Positions 1-10,181 of a stretch of DNA of 64,000 nucleotides are shown here, piece by piece. The stretch is from a virus, in the IMG/VR virus record IMGVR_UViG_3300023176_002545; one strand, written 5' to 3'. Each line of letters opens with the position of its first letter. Positions within the stretch are counted from its first letter, which is position 1. The notes under the pieces are model-generated. The model searched no databases, was not told where the DNA came from, and saw nothing but the letters and a program-made list of their open reading frames with translations. Both the position numbers and the translations under genes were made by a program.

Positions 1-3000
1 CCAACTGTAGGCGGCAATAGTTACTTCTATAGAAAACTTTACGATCAAATTGGTTACAAAGTTTTAACATATGGAACAGTTTTAAAAACAGTTCAAGAAG
101 TTGTTGATTTTATCTTTGGATATTCAAAATATCTAGAAGAACAAGGATTTATATTTGACAACTATGATAACGAAAATCAAATACTACAAGATTGGGAGAC
201 ATCTATTAAAGAATATGTTTTCTGGACAACACAAAACTGGGCAGAAGGAACAGTTATTGCATTAAGTCCAGGTGCCCAAACATTCTCACTTGATGTTGAA
301 TATACAAACGTAGACAGTTTGAATAACGATTTTTATGATTATGAAATTTATAACAGCTCAGGCACAAGAGTACCTATACAAAATCTTGAAGTAACAAGAG
401 CCAACAACAAGTTTACTGTTGAAAGTTTAGGCGAAGAAGGTATTTACTTTGCTAGATTACATCTAGTTCAAACTGAACATGTTGTATTGCTTGATAATAC
501 AACAGTGTTTAATGACACAATTTACGAAAAGAGTGCAGGATATAGACAAGAACGTATCAAAGTTCTTGGTTATAAAACTATTCTCTGGGACGGTGGTCTA
601 ACAACTCCAGGATTTATATTTGACAATGTTGTTATTAACGACTGGCAACCATTCCAAACTTACAAAATTGGTGACATTGTTAAACACAAAGAATATCTTT
701 ACAGTGCAACTTCAAAAGTTGTTGCTGGAGAATACTTTGACACTAAAAATTGGCAAAAAATTGACAACCAACAAACAAGCGTTCTTTTACCAAACTGGGA
801 TTATAGAGCAGAACAGTTTACAGATTTCTTTGATTTAGATACAGATAACTTTGATACTGAACAACAGCGTTTAGCACAACATACTATTGGTTATCAGAAA
901 CGCCGTTATTTAGAAAATATTATTAATGATGACGTGAGTCAGTACAAGTTTTATCAAGGTATGATACTTGACAAAGGTACTAAAAACGTATTGTCTAAAA
1001 TGTTTGATAAACTAGGTGCTGCTGATAAAGAAAGCCTAGAGTTTTATGAAGAATGGGCAATTAAATCAGGAGACTACGGTGCTGTTGATAGTTTTGTTGA
1101 AGTTGAATATTTAATTGACGAATCACTAGTAAGATTAGAACCTCAACCATTTGAACTTGTTGATGCTATTAATTCATCGTCAACTGACCTAGTATATCGT
1201 CTAAGCAAAGAAGACGTATATTCAAAATTTGACGGTTATAATCATAAACCGTTTATGCAAACTAACAAACTGCCAGACTTTATTAGAACCGCAGGAAACG
1301 TTGACGAAAACGATGTTACAGCAAACGTAAAAACTATAGACGATATTCTTAAACTTAACATTGACGAATTTAAAGTTGGTTCTACAGTTTGGGTTAGTTT
1401 TTATAATTCAACTTGGAATATCCTTAGATTACAAAATTCTAAAATTAATGTTTTGTCAGCAGCAGCGTCTGGAACTGATGTAAGAGTAAAACTTACACAA
1501 CCAAATGCAGTAAGTGTTGGCGACATTATTGGTATTAAAAATATTTCTGCAGAAGTTGATAAGTTTTATAAAGTCAAATCTGTAGACAGTTATACAGTTA
1601 TACTTGCAGCAGACAAAAAACTTGATGAAGATGTTCAAGTTGATGATAGTAGCCAAGGGCTTCTATTTACTTTTGTTGATGCACGTATTCCAGACATGTC
1701 TAGTATCAATGACATTACACCTATTGAAGGCTTCCAACAAGGCGAATACATTTGGGTTGATGGAGAAAAAGGTAACTGGCAAGTACTTGAGAAAAATAAA
1801 GTATATGAACTAGCTGCTATTAACAACAACACTTCAACAACTAGATCGTTTGGCAGTGCAATAGCAGTTGACGAATACAATAGAGACTTTATTGTTGCTG
1901 ATCCAGCACATACTGTTACTGAGACACTACAGCGTGATTCAAATGACGTTGTAACAAAAGTAATTAAAACATCAGACGCAAAGGTTAATGTTTATGCTAG
2001 ACCAAACGATGTAACACAGCATAGACTAATACAAACAATTACATTACCAGAGTCATTATACGAATCTGGATTTAATACACAATATAGTGTAGAAGAGAAA
2101 CGTCCGCTGTTTACAGGGTTTGGATCTGTAATAGCACTATCTCCTGACACTAAGTTTCTTGCTGTTGGTTTACCAGATGCAGGAAATGTACCTTCATATT
2201 TCTTAGGGGACTGGAATTCAGCACTAACATATAATACTGAAGATGTTGTGTTATATAATGGAAAGTTTTATAAAGCATTATCAGACGGACTAATTGCAAC
2301 TTCACCTGATCTAGTAGCAGACTGGGAAGAAGTTGGTTACAATCCAGTCGATAGTAAATCAACTTCTAACAGTGGCGTAGATGGACAAGGTATTGTTGTT
2401 GTTTACGGAAGAACCGGAAGCGGAAGTTTTAGTATTCTCTTTATAATGCAATCACCTGAAATAGAAGCATATCAAAAGTTTGGTGAAAAGATTACTATTG
2501 CTAAAGTAGGTGAAGAAAGTTATAGAATGTTTGTAAGTGCAGTACGCCAAGGTAGCGTTGGTGCTGTATTTGTATTTGACAGAAACATTGATACAGGCGG
2601 CTTATGGAAATACCGTCCAGATTTATACCTACCACTAGCAGCAAATCCAGACGGTACTAGCGATGTTGAAATCAGTACAATTTCTATGGACTTTGGTCAA
2701 AGTGTTGCACATTCAAGAGATGGTAAAATATTAGCAGTTAGTGCTCCAAACGCAAACAGCGTTTATTATGAAAACTACAAAGGTCAGTATAGTCCGAGTC
2801 TTACATATGCTGTAGATACAGTTGTAGAATACAACGGTGCATACTGGAAAAAACTTACCACAGCAGGTGCAGGAACATTGCCGGCACTTGGAATCAACTG
2901 GGAAGAATTAACACAAGATACTAGTGGAAGTTTTGGTAAGGTATTTGTTTACAAGTATGAAAATAACAAATACAACCTTGTACAAACAATAAATGAAAGA

Positions 3001-6000
3001 ACACTAGACAATCTAGACTTTGGGCAAGGAGACAAGTTTGGTTACAGTATTGCATTTACTAAAGATGCTGCAACTCTTGTAATTGGATCGCCTGCTTATG
3101 ATACTAATTTAACTGACACAGGAAAAGTTGTAATTCTTGAAAATGATTTTGCTACAACTTCATCAAATGTAAATTACAGTTTAGTACAAACACTGCAAGT
3201 TAGATCGCAAGTTAATCAACAGTTTGGTGTTGGAGTAAGCATTAGTGACGATGTTATTGTAGTTGGATCTCGCCGAGGCGATCAAATACAACCAATAATG
3301 ATTGACAACGGCGAAACAACATTTGACTCTGATTCAACATATATTTCAAATGTATTTGAAAACACAGGAAAAATTGATGTTTACCGTAAGTACAAAGGTC
3401 AATACACATACGAAGATAGTTTAGTTGTTCCAGACGAAAATGCAAGCAACCTAGGCGAAAACGTAATAGCTAACAAGAATCACGTTATTACAGGCGTTAA
3501 TGCTTATAATGATCTTCAAGGTGCAGTGCTTGATTTCCATAGACCACAAAATGAATCAGTTTGGAAAGTACACAGACAAGCAATATTCCCTGCAGATGTA
3601 ACTAAGATCAAAAGTGCGTTCTTGTATGACACAAGAAAAAATATTGTCTTAAAAGAATTAGATGTTATCGATCCATTGCAAGGAAAAATTGTAGGAGCAG
3701 TAGAACAAGAATTAAAATATAAAACATTTTGGGATCCAGCAGTTTATACTGTTGGCAATGAAACACTAAATGTTGATGAAGTTGGTTCTTGGGACGGTAC
3801 ACATTTAGGCGAAGTATGGTGGGATTTAACTACAGCTCGTTTTGTAAACTATCATCAAAATTCAGCACTCTATAGAGGTAATAACTGGAGTAAATTAAAT
3901 GAGTATGGTAGTATTGATGTATATGAATGGATAAGTTCAAAATTCAAACCTAGTGAATACGATGCTCTATCTGATACTGAAGAAGCGTTGGCATTAGGTA
4001 TTTCAGGAAAATCCAAATATGGTGATGCAGCATATTCTATAGCAAGAGAATACGATCCTGTTGCTAAAATATTTACTAGCAAATATATGTTCTGGGTAAA
4101 AGGTAAAACAACAATACCGTATGTTGAAGGCCGCAGCATGGATGTGTCTTCTATGGCAACATTGATTGCAGATCCTAAAGCAGCTGGATATACACACATT
4201 GCTATAACAAGTAATGACAGTTTTGTGTTATATAATGCAAAACAATATCTAAACGATAAAGATACAGCATTGAATATTAGATTCTGGACAACAGACAAAA
4301 TTGATACAAATATTCATAGACAGTATCAAATAGTTTCTGAAGGATTAGATATTAGTGTTCCTAATGACACTATTGTTGACAAATGGTTTGACAGTTTAGT
4401 AGGATTTACACCTACAGGGCTACCAGTTCCTAATATTAATATTAATGAAAAACAACGTTATGGAATTTTAAACAAGCCAAGACAAAGCATGTTTAAAAAT
4501 AGAATAGAAGCATTAAAACAAGCAGTAGAATACTGTAATTATATTTTCTCTAAAAACGTTCTTGTAGATGATTTTGATTTAACTCCTTTGTTTGAAAAAG
4601 AAGCAGTGCCTGATGAATTTTCAAGATTATATGACCTTGAAATTACAGACGACCTTGAACTTACTTTTATTGCAACAGGTAAATTAACAACTGCTGAGTT
4701 AGAAATAGTTGTTGATGACGGACAAGTAAAAGATGTAATTGTTGTTAACGAAGGTAGAGGTTATATTAAACCTCCAAAACTTGAAGTAGTTGGTCAAGGC
4801 AAGAACGCAGAAATTGAAGCTGAAGTTGATAAGTTTGGTAGAATATCAAATATTATTATTAAAAATCCTGGTACAGGATATTTAGATGATACTTATATTT
4901 CTGTAAGACAATACACAGTATTAAGCACAAACGTTGACAATACAGGTAAATGGGGTCTATACACTTATGACTCTAGAAACAAAAAGTGGCAATTAACTAG
5001 AGTACAATCTTATGATGTAACAAATTATTGGTCATATATTGATTGGTATGCAACTGGGTTTAATGAAAAAACTCCAGTAGACTTTTTGCTAGAAGGATCA
5101 TATCAATTACAAGACATTAATCCAAGACCAGGACAAGTAGTTAAGATTTCTAATATTGGTAGTAGCGGAACTTGGTTATTACTGCAAAGAAACAACGAAG
5201 TTAACGAAAATGATATTAACTTAAATTATAATGTTGTTGGTAGGCAAAATGCTACAATTCAATTGAGTGACGAACTTTATAACTTTGATGCAAATGTATT
5301 GGGGTATGACGGTATTAGTTATGAAGAAATTAACTATGATAGTATTCCTACCCAAGAAGTAAGAGCAATACTGGAAACAATTAGAAATAATATTTTTGTT
5401 GATAATTTACAGGTAGAATTTAACAACTTATTCTTCAACTCAATTCGTTACATAATGGTTGAACAGCCAGCAGTTGATTGGATATTCAAAACAAGTTTTG
5501 TAAAAGCAAAACACAATGTTGGTTCTCTTGAACAACGTTCTACATATAAAAATGATAATCTTATTTCGTATGAAGATTATGTTAACGAAGTTAAACCATA
5601 CAAAACTAAAATTCGTGAATTTGTAAGCAGTTATACTAATGTTGAAACTGTTAATACTCTTACTACAGATTTTGATCTAAAATCAAACAACAATATTAAA
5701 GTAAGAGACAACAGACTTGAACTTGTAGACAACAATTCTACACTAAGCATTTATCCAGACAAGAGTTGGAAAGACAATCACTCATATGGCATAACTGAAA
5801 TTGCAATACAAAATGCAGGAAGCGGATATCAAACAGCACCTGAATTAACAATCCAAGGCGGTGGCGGCACTGGAGCAACTGCTCGTGCATTTATTGGACG
5901 CAATGGTATTATTACTAATGTTGTGGTTACTAACCCTGGAACAGGCTATTATTCAAGACCAGAAGTTATTATAAACGGCTCAGTTGACGACACAGGCGAG

Positions 6001-9000
6001 GACGCAGTTCTTATTGCTGTACTTGGCAATGACACTGTAAGAAAAAATAATCTTACTGTTAAGTTTGATAGAATTGTTGGCACACAAGAAATTTCTACAC
6101 TAGATGTTACAGAAACATTTACAGGTACTGGACTAATAACAACTTTTGCACTAAAATGGCCAGTTGATTTGAGAAAAGGTCTTACAACTGTTACAGTAAA
6201 TGGTACTGAACTTTTAGAAAGTGAATTTACATTAGGAAATGCATCAACGTTCCATGAAACATTTACAAAATCATACGGTCATTTAGAAATTCCTAATCCA
6301 CCCGATGCAACAAATGAAATTGTGGTATCATATAAAAAAGACATTTCGTTCTTAAGAGCATACGATAGAGTCAAATACTATTACATGCCAATTGCTGGTC
6401 AACTTGCAAACGATCCAGGAGCACTAATGACTGGTATTGACTACGGCGGTGTTAATGTAACTGGATTTGGATTTGAACCTTCCGGTGGTTGGGGAACAGA
6501 TGGTACTTCTTGGGATAATGTAACTTGGGAAGGTGCAGACGAAACTTTTACAGATGTTACAATTTACAGTGATAGCAATATAGCAACATATACATTTGAA
6601 CTTCCACCTCCAAGTGGAGAAAGTTGGAACGTATATGTAAACGGTGTAAGAATTGATGATCCTAATTTTGGAACAACAACTCCTGTAACAAATACAAATG
6701 CAGTAATGAAAACAATACATGGTGACGATTCAACTGTTGCATTTGATATTCCTTTACAAGATGTGTCATCTTTAATATTAGGTGATGGAAATTCAGAACA
6801 AATTATTCTAAGAAAAACAACCAGCGATGGTAGTTATATTCCTGTAGGCGTAGACATTGACAGTGTTGTAAATGGTGGTGATTTAGGTTATACAGTTTCA
6901 ACTGGATATAACCCAGAAGATATTACTATGGACGGTGATGGGTTTGTTACTGAAACAACCAGCGGCGGCTTAGAAGAACAATTACCAGGACACGTATCAG
7001 AAGCAATAGACATGTTTGTTTATAACCTATCTAAGAGTGGTGGCCCACAAATTAACAGCATAAGTTATATTGCTGACGGCAATACTAAGAGCTTTGCATA
7101 TATTGCAGATCCGCAAAGTAAAGATGCACTAATTGTTAAAGTTAATGACCGTATATTGCGTCCAACAGAGTACAAGTATACTCCAAACTTTGCAGCATAC
7201 AGTGATTTCTTAAACGCATATCAAAGTAATTTAGATATTAGACAGACTAGACTTCCTGTAGTAACTGCTGAAATTGCAGATATTGATAGTCAACTTACAA
7301 CTCTTAATACTCAGCTTGATGCAGCACTAGATGATATTACAAATGCCAGCCAGGCTATTAGTTTTTGGACTAGTGAAAGAGATTTTTATGAAACTCAAAT
7401 ATTGTTTATACAATCACAGCTATCAGGATTAGATCCGTCAAATCCACTATTTGGTCAACTGCAATCACAGCTTGGTGCAGCTCAAGCAGCTCTAACTAAT
7501 GCAGAAAACAACTTGTCAGATGCACAAGATGATCTAGCAACAGCAGAATCTACTAGAGATGCTGTTAGTGCAGAAATAGCAACACTTGAAAGTGACAAGA
7601 CATCACTTGAAAGCGAGCAAACAGTTTTAGAGTCTGAAATTAGAGATTTAGAAATTGATATTCAATCATTGAATGACTACTTAATAAATCCAGGAAAAAC
7701 TATTATTCTTAATACGGAACCAAATGCTAATGATATTGTTACTATAATGACATTTGGTACTAACGGTAATGACATTATTTTGATTGACGAGTTTAAAGGT
7801 GATGGCAGTACTAATGAATTTGTTACTCCACTTAAATTTACAGACAACTTAAGAGTGTTTGCAACAGTTAACGGTAAACGAGTAAATCCAAGATTGTTTG
7901 TTACAACAGAAGATTATGAACAATCAAACAGATTGGGACTTGACTTTAATCCAACACCTGATGCAAATGCAGATATCAAGTATACTGTTTATAATAGTGA
8001 TGCTCCAGATTACAGTTATATACAAAGACAGATATTTACAACTGATGGAAGTACAACAACTTATGATCTAGATCCTACACCTTATGGTGCAATACCTAGT
8101 GCAAACTTCCTAGTAGTATTTGCAGATAACAAAATGCTTAACGGTGGATACACACAGGTTTATACAGCAACAGACTCAGACGTTTATCAAGTTGATTTAA
8201 GCGATTTTAGTGATGGCGAATTTAGTGCAGATCATACAGAAGTTTATGTTGACGGAGAACTAAGAAGTCTTGGTATAGACTATCAGATTGACTTTGGTAA
8301 TAACGAAATTAATTTTACACCTGGTAAAATCAGTGCTGGACAAGAAATTAAGATATTCATTATGACGCTAGGCGAATATTATGTAATGAACGGCAAGTTG
8401 GTATTCCCAACAGCACCTGCTTCTGGTACAGATATTATGATAATGAGTTTCTATAACACAGACCTGTTTGATACAAAACACAGATCTAAAACAGTACTAA
8501 GCAGAAGAACACTTACACCTGATAGTCAATGGTACAGAAGCAGTGTTGCAGCTAATGCTGGTATTATTTTACTTGATACAAAAGTTTCAAATGCAAACTA
8601 TGTACTAGTTGCAGTCAACGGACAAATGCTAACACCTCACAGAGATTATACTATTATTGAAGGCGGTGCAGCAATACAAGTTGACATTGCTCGTAATATT
8701 AATAAAACAGACAAGTTTAGTATAGTTGTGTTTGATTACGATCCTGTTGAAAAGAGTTTTGCGTTTAGACAGTTTACTGATAATCTAAATAGAACGCATT
8801 ATAAAGCAATCAACACAGATAAATCAACAAAACTTGCTGCTGAATTAAATTGGTATGATAATACTATTATAGTTGAAGATTCAAGCATACTTGATACACC
8901 AAATGCACAACAAAATGTTCCAGGAATTATTTTTATAGGTTCTGAGCGTGTTGAATTTATGAAGAAAGACGGTAACGTACTAAGTCAACTAAGAAGAGGA

Positions 9001-9543
9001 ACACTTGGCACAGCAACTAAAGAAAATTATGCAATAGGTGAAGAAGTACTAAACCAAGGTAAAAGTTTAACTGTTGATTATTTAGACACAGAAATAACAG
9101 AAATATTCTACGGAGATGGTGTAACACAAGAATTTGCACTGCCATACACTCCGAGGTTAAATACATCAACAATTGGTGCCGGTAATACTTGGAATAGACA
9201 ACATGAAACTGATTCAAGCGTTACTCCAGTTCCAGAAACATATGGACAAGCAGATGATATTGAAGTTTTTGTTGAAGGCAAGCGTTTGTTAAAAGCTCCT
9301 TGCACAGCATATAATCCAGATAAAAACCAAGCAAGTCCAGCAGGTGATAGTAATTTACCTGCAGATTTTAGCGTTGACGGTACAGCAAAAGTACGCTTAA
9401 CAGTGCCGCCAAAGGTTGGAGCAAAGATAATTGTTAAGCGTAAACAAGGAGTATTGTGGACAGAGCGTGGAGTTAGCCTAGCAGATACAGAAAATGCCAT
9501 AGGTAAGTTCTTACGTGCTCAAACAGTTTCGTTTCCAAAATAA
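1..9543 (+). CDS. Giant virion structural protein (baseplate wedge/tail-associated), >3180 aa, 5' end outside the window
   Basis: Frame is open from base 1 (PTVGGNSYFYRK...), so the track start at TTG 319 is not the true start. Contains FG-GAP-like repeats, GxGY..P.V.I.GG.G.GA.A motifs (about 4700-4900 and 5790-5990) typical of T4-like baseplate proteins, and many F.GDG...F / V.VNG beta-repeat domains. Heads the structural operon. Confidence 0.8.
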   Translation, partial: PTVGGNSYFYRKLYDQIGYKVLTYGTVLKTVQEVVDFIFGYSKYLEEQGFIFDNYDNENQILQDWETSIKEYVFWTTQNWAEGTVIALSPGAQTFSLDVEYTNVDSLNNDFYDYEIYNSSGTRVPIQNLEVTRANNKFTVESLGEEGIYFARLHLVQTEHVVLLDNTTVFNDTIYEKSAGYRQERIKVLGYKTILWDGGLTTPGFIFDNVVINDWQPFQTYKIGDIVKHKEYLYSATSKVVAGEYFDTKNWQKIDNQQTSVLLPNWDYRAEQFTDFFDLDTDNFDTEQQRLAQHTIGYQKRRYLENIINDDVSQYKFYQGMILDKGTKNVLSKMFDKLGAADKESLEFYEEWAIKSGDYGAVDSFVEVEYLIDESLVRLEPQPFELVDAINSSSTDLVYRLSKEDVYSKFDGYNHKPFMQTNKLPDFIRTAGNVDENDVTANVKTIDDILKLNIDEFKVGSTVWVSFYNSTWNILRLQNSKINVLSAAASGTDVRVKLTQPNAVSVGDIIGIKNISAEVDKFYKVKSVDSYTVILAADKKLDEDVQVDDSSQGLLFTFVDARIPDMSSINDITPIEGFQQGEYIWVDGEKGNWQVLEKNKVYELAAINNNTSTTRSFGSAIAVDEYNRDFIVADPAHTVTETLQRDSNDVVTKVIKTSDAKVNVYARPNDVTQHRLIQTITLPESLYESGFNTQYSVEEKRPLFTGFGSVIALSPDTKFLAVGLPDAGNVPSYFLGDWNSALTYNTEDVVLYNGKFYKALSDGLIATSPDLVADWEEVGYNPVDSKSTSNSGVDGQGIVVVYGRTGSGSFSILFIMQSPEIEAYQKFGEKITIAKVGEESYRMFVSAVRQGSVGAVFVFDRNIDTGGLWKYRPDLYLPLAANPDGTSDVEISTISMDFGQSVAHSRDGKILAVSAPNANSVYYENYKGQYSPSLTYAVDTVVEYNGAYWKKLTTAGAGTLPALGINWEELTQDTSGSFGKVFVYKYENNKYNLVQTINERTLDNLDFGQGDKFGYSIAFTKDAATLVIGSPAYDTNLTDTGKVVILENDFATTSSNVNYSLVQTLQVRSQVNQQFGVGVSISDDVIVVGSRRGDQIQPIMIDNGETTFDSDSTYISNVFENTGKIDVYRKYKGQYTYEDSLVVPDENASNLGENVIANKNHVITGVNAYNDLQGAVLDFHRPQNESVWKVHRQAIFPADVTKIKSAFLYDTRKNIVLKELDVIDPLQGKIVGAVEQELKYKTFWDPAVYTVGNETLNVDEVGSWDGTHLGEVWWDLTTARFVNYHQNSALYRGNNWSKLNEYGSIDVYEWISSKFKPSEYDALSDTEEALALGISGKSKYGDAAYSIAREYDPVAKIFTSKYMFWVKGKTTIPYVEGRSMDVSSMATLIADPKAAGYTHIAITSNDSFVLYNAKQYLNDKDTALNIRFWTTDKIDTNIHRQYQIVSEGLDISVPNDTIVDKWFDSLVGFTPTGLPVPNININEKQRYGILNKPRQSMFKNRIEALKQAVEYCNYIFSKNVLVDDFDLTPLFEKEAVPDEFSRLYDLEITDDLELTFIATGKLTTAELEIVVDDGQVKDVIVVNEGRGYIKPPKLEVVGQGKNAEIEAEVDKFGRISNIIIKNPGTGYLDDTYISVRQYTVLSTNVDNTGKWGLYTYDSRNKKWQLTRVQSYDVTNYWSYIDWYATGFNEKTPVDFLLEGSYQLQDINPRPGQVVKISNIGSSGTWLLLQRNNEVNENDINLNYNVVGRQNATIQLSDELYNFDANVLGYDGISYEEINYDSIPTQEVRAILETIRNNIFVDNLQVEFNNLFFNSIRYIMVEQPAVDWIFKTSFVKAKHNVGSLEQRSTYKNDNLISYEDYVNEVKPYKTKIREFVSSYTNVETVNTLTTDFDLKSNNNIKVRDNRLELVDNNSTLSIYPDKSWKDNHSYGITEIAIQNAGSGYQTAPELTIQGGGGTGATARAFIGRNGIITNVVVTNPGTGYYSRPEVIINGSVDDTGEDAVLIAVLGNDTVRKNNLTVKFDRIVGTQEISTLDVTETFTGTGLITTFALKWPVDLRKGLTTVTVNGTELLESEFTLGNASTFHETFTKSYGHLEIPNPPDATNEIVVSYKKDISFLRAYDRVKYYYMPIAGQLANDPGALMTGIDYGGVNVTGFGFEPSGGWGTDGTSWDNVTWEGADETFTDVTIYSDSNIATYTFELPPPSGESWNVYVNGVRIDDPNFGTTTPVTNTNAVMKTIHGDDSTVAFDIPLQDVSSLILGDGNSEQIILRKTTSDGSYIPVGVDIDSVVNGGDLGYTVSTGYNPEDITMDGDGFVTETTSGGLEEQLPGHVSEAIDMFVYNLSKSGGPQINSISYIADGNTKSFAYIADPQSKDALIVKVNDRILRPTEYKYTPNFAAYSDFLNAYQSNLDIRQTRLPVVTAEIADIDSQLTTLNTQLDAALDDITNASQAISFWTSERDFYETQILFIQSQLSGLDPSNPLFGQLQSQLGAAQAALTNAENNLSDAQDDLATAESTRDAVSAEIATLESDKTSLESEQTVLESEIRDLEIDIQSLNDYLINPGKTIILNTEPNANDIVTIMTFGTNGNDIILIDEFKGDGSTNEFVTPLKFTDNLRVFATVNGKRVNPRLFVTTEDYEQSNRLGLDFNPTPDANADIKYTVYNSDAPDYSYIQRQIFTTDGSTTTYDLDPTPYGAIPSANFLVVFADNKMLNGGYTQVYTATDSDVYQVDLSDFSDGEFSADHTEVYVDGELRSLGIDYQIDFGNNEINFTPGKISAGQEIKIFIMTLGEYYVMNGKLVFPTAPASGTDIMIMSFYNTDLFDTKHRSKTVLSRRTLTPDSQWYRSSVAANAGIILLDTKVSNANYVLVAVNGQMLTPHRDYTIIEGGAAIQVDIARNINKTDKFSIVVFDYDPVEKSFAFRQFTDNLNRTHYKAINTDKSTKLAAELNWYDNTIIVEDSSILDTPNAQQNVPGIIFIGSERVEFMKKDGNVLSQLRRGTLGTATKENYAIGEEVLNQGKSLTVDYLDTEITEIFYGDGVTQEFALPYTPRLNTSTIGAGNTWNRQHETDSSVTPVPETYGQADDIEVFVEGKRLLKAPCTAYNPDKNQASPAGDSNLPADFSVDGTAKVRLTVPPKVGAKIIVKRKQGVLWTERGVSLADTENAIGKFLRAQTVSFPK

Positions 9544-9546
9544 ATA
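9541..9546 (+). promoter_or_regulatory. TAAATA putative late-promoter core (T4 TATAAATA-like), overlapping the TAA stop
   Basis: The motif starts with the stop codon of the giant gene; the same arrangement occurs at 18233-18238. The hexamer is AT-rich, so it is weak evidence alone. Confidence 0.4.
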
Positions 9547-9567
9547 CAGTATGGTAGAGAGAAAAAA

Positions 9568-10179
9568 ATGACAGCTATAAAAGAACCAAGTGGAATACAC
9601 GTAGAAGGACATATTAAAATATATGATCCTGAAACACAAGAAGTTTACGTTAACAAGCGTAATGCTATTCATTATGAGAACATGAGTATTGCTTTAGCAG
9701 AAAGTATTGCTAATGCAGGTCAAGGTAACATATATGAAATGAGCTTTGGCAACGGCGGTACAGCAGTTGATCCAACAGGCATTATTACTTACTTAACACC
9801 TAACTCAACCGGTACTAATGCAAGTTTGTATAACCAAACTTTTAGTAAAGTTGTTGATGACCGTAGCACAGAAAATACTGATCCGCTACGAAACAGAATT
9901 GAAACAAGACACGTCACTGGCGTCAACTACACTGATATAGTCGTTAGCTGTCTACTAGACTATGGTGAGCCAGAAGGACAAGATGCTTTTGATAACTCTA
10001 CCGATACAGAAGCATTGTTTGTATTTGACGAACTTGGTCTAAAAGCAAAACGCACTACAGGTGATAACTTGTTAGTAACACACGTTATTTTCCACCCTGT
10101 GCAAAAATCATTAAACAGACTTATACAGATTGACTATACAGTTAGAATCCAAAGTCTGTCAGGAGGCAGTGAGGTTTAA
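9568..10179 (+). CDS. Putative virion structural protein (baseplate/tail), 203 aa
   Basis: Lies between the giant structural gene and the fibre genes; beta-rich composition; tight operon spacing. Confidence 0.6.
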   Translation: MTAIKEPSGIHVEGHIKIYDPETQEVYVNKRNAIHYENMSIALAESIANAGQGNIYEMSFGNGGTAVDPTGIITYLTPNSTGTNASLYNQTFSKVVDDRSTENTDPLRNRIETRHVTGVNYTDIVVSCLLDYGEPEGQDAFDNSTDTEALFVFDELGLKAKRTTGDNLLVTHVIFHPVQKSLNRLIQIDYTVRIQSLSGGSEV

Positions 10180-10181
10180 CG

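Noticed and set aside
319-321. TTG 319 as start of the giant gene
   Set aside because: The frame is open from base 1 with protein-like sequence, so the real start lies upstream of the window.
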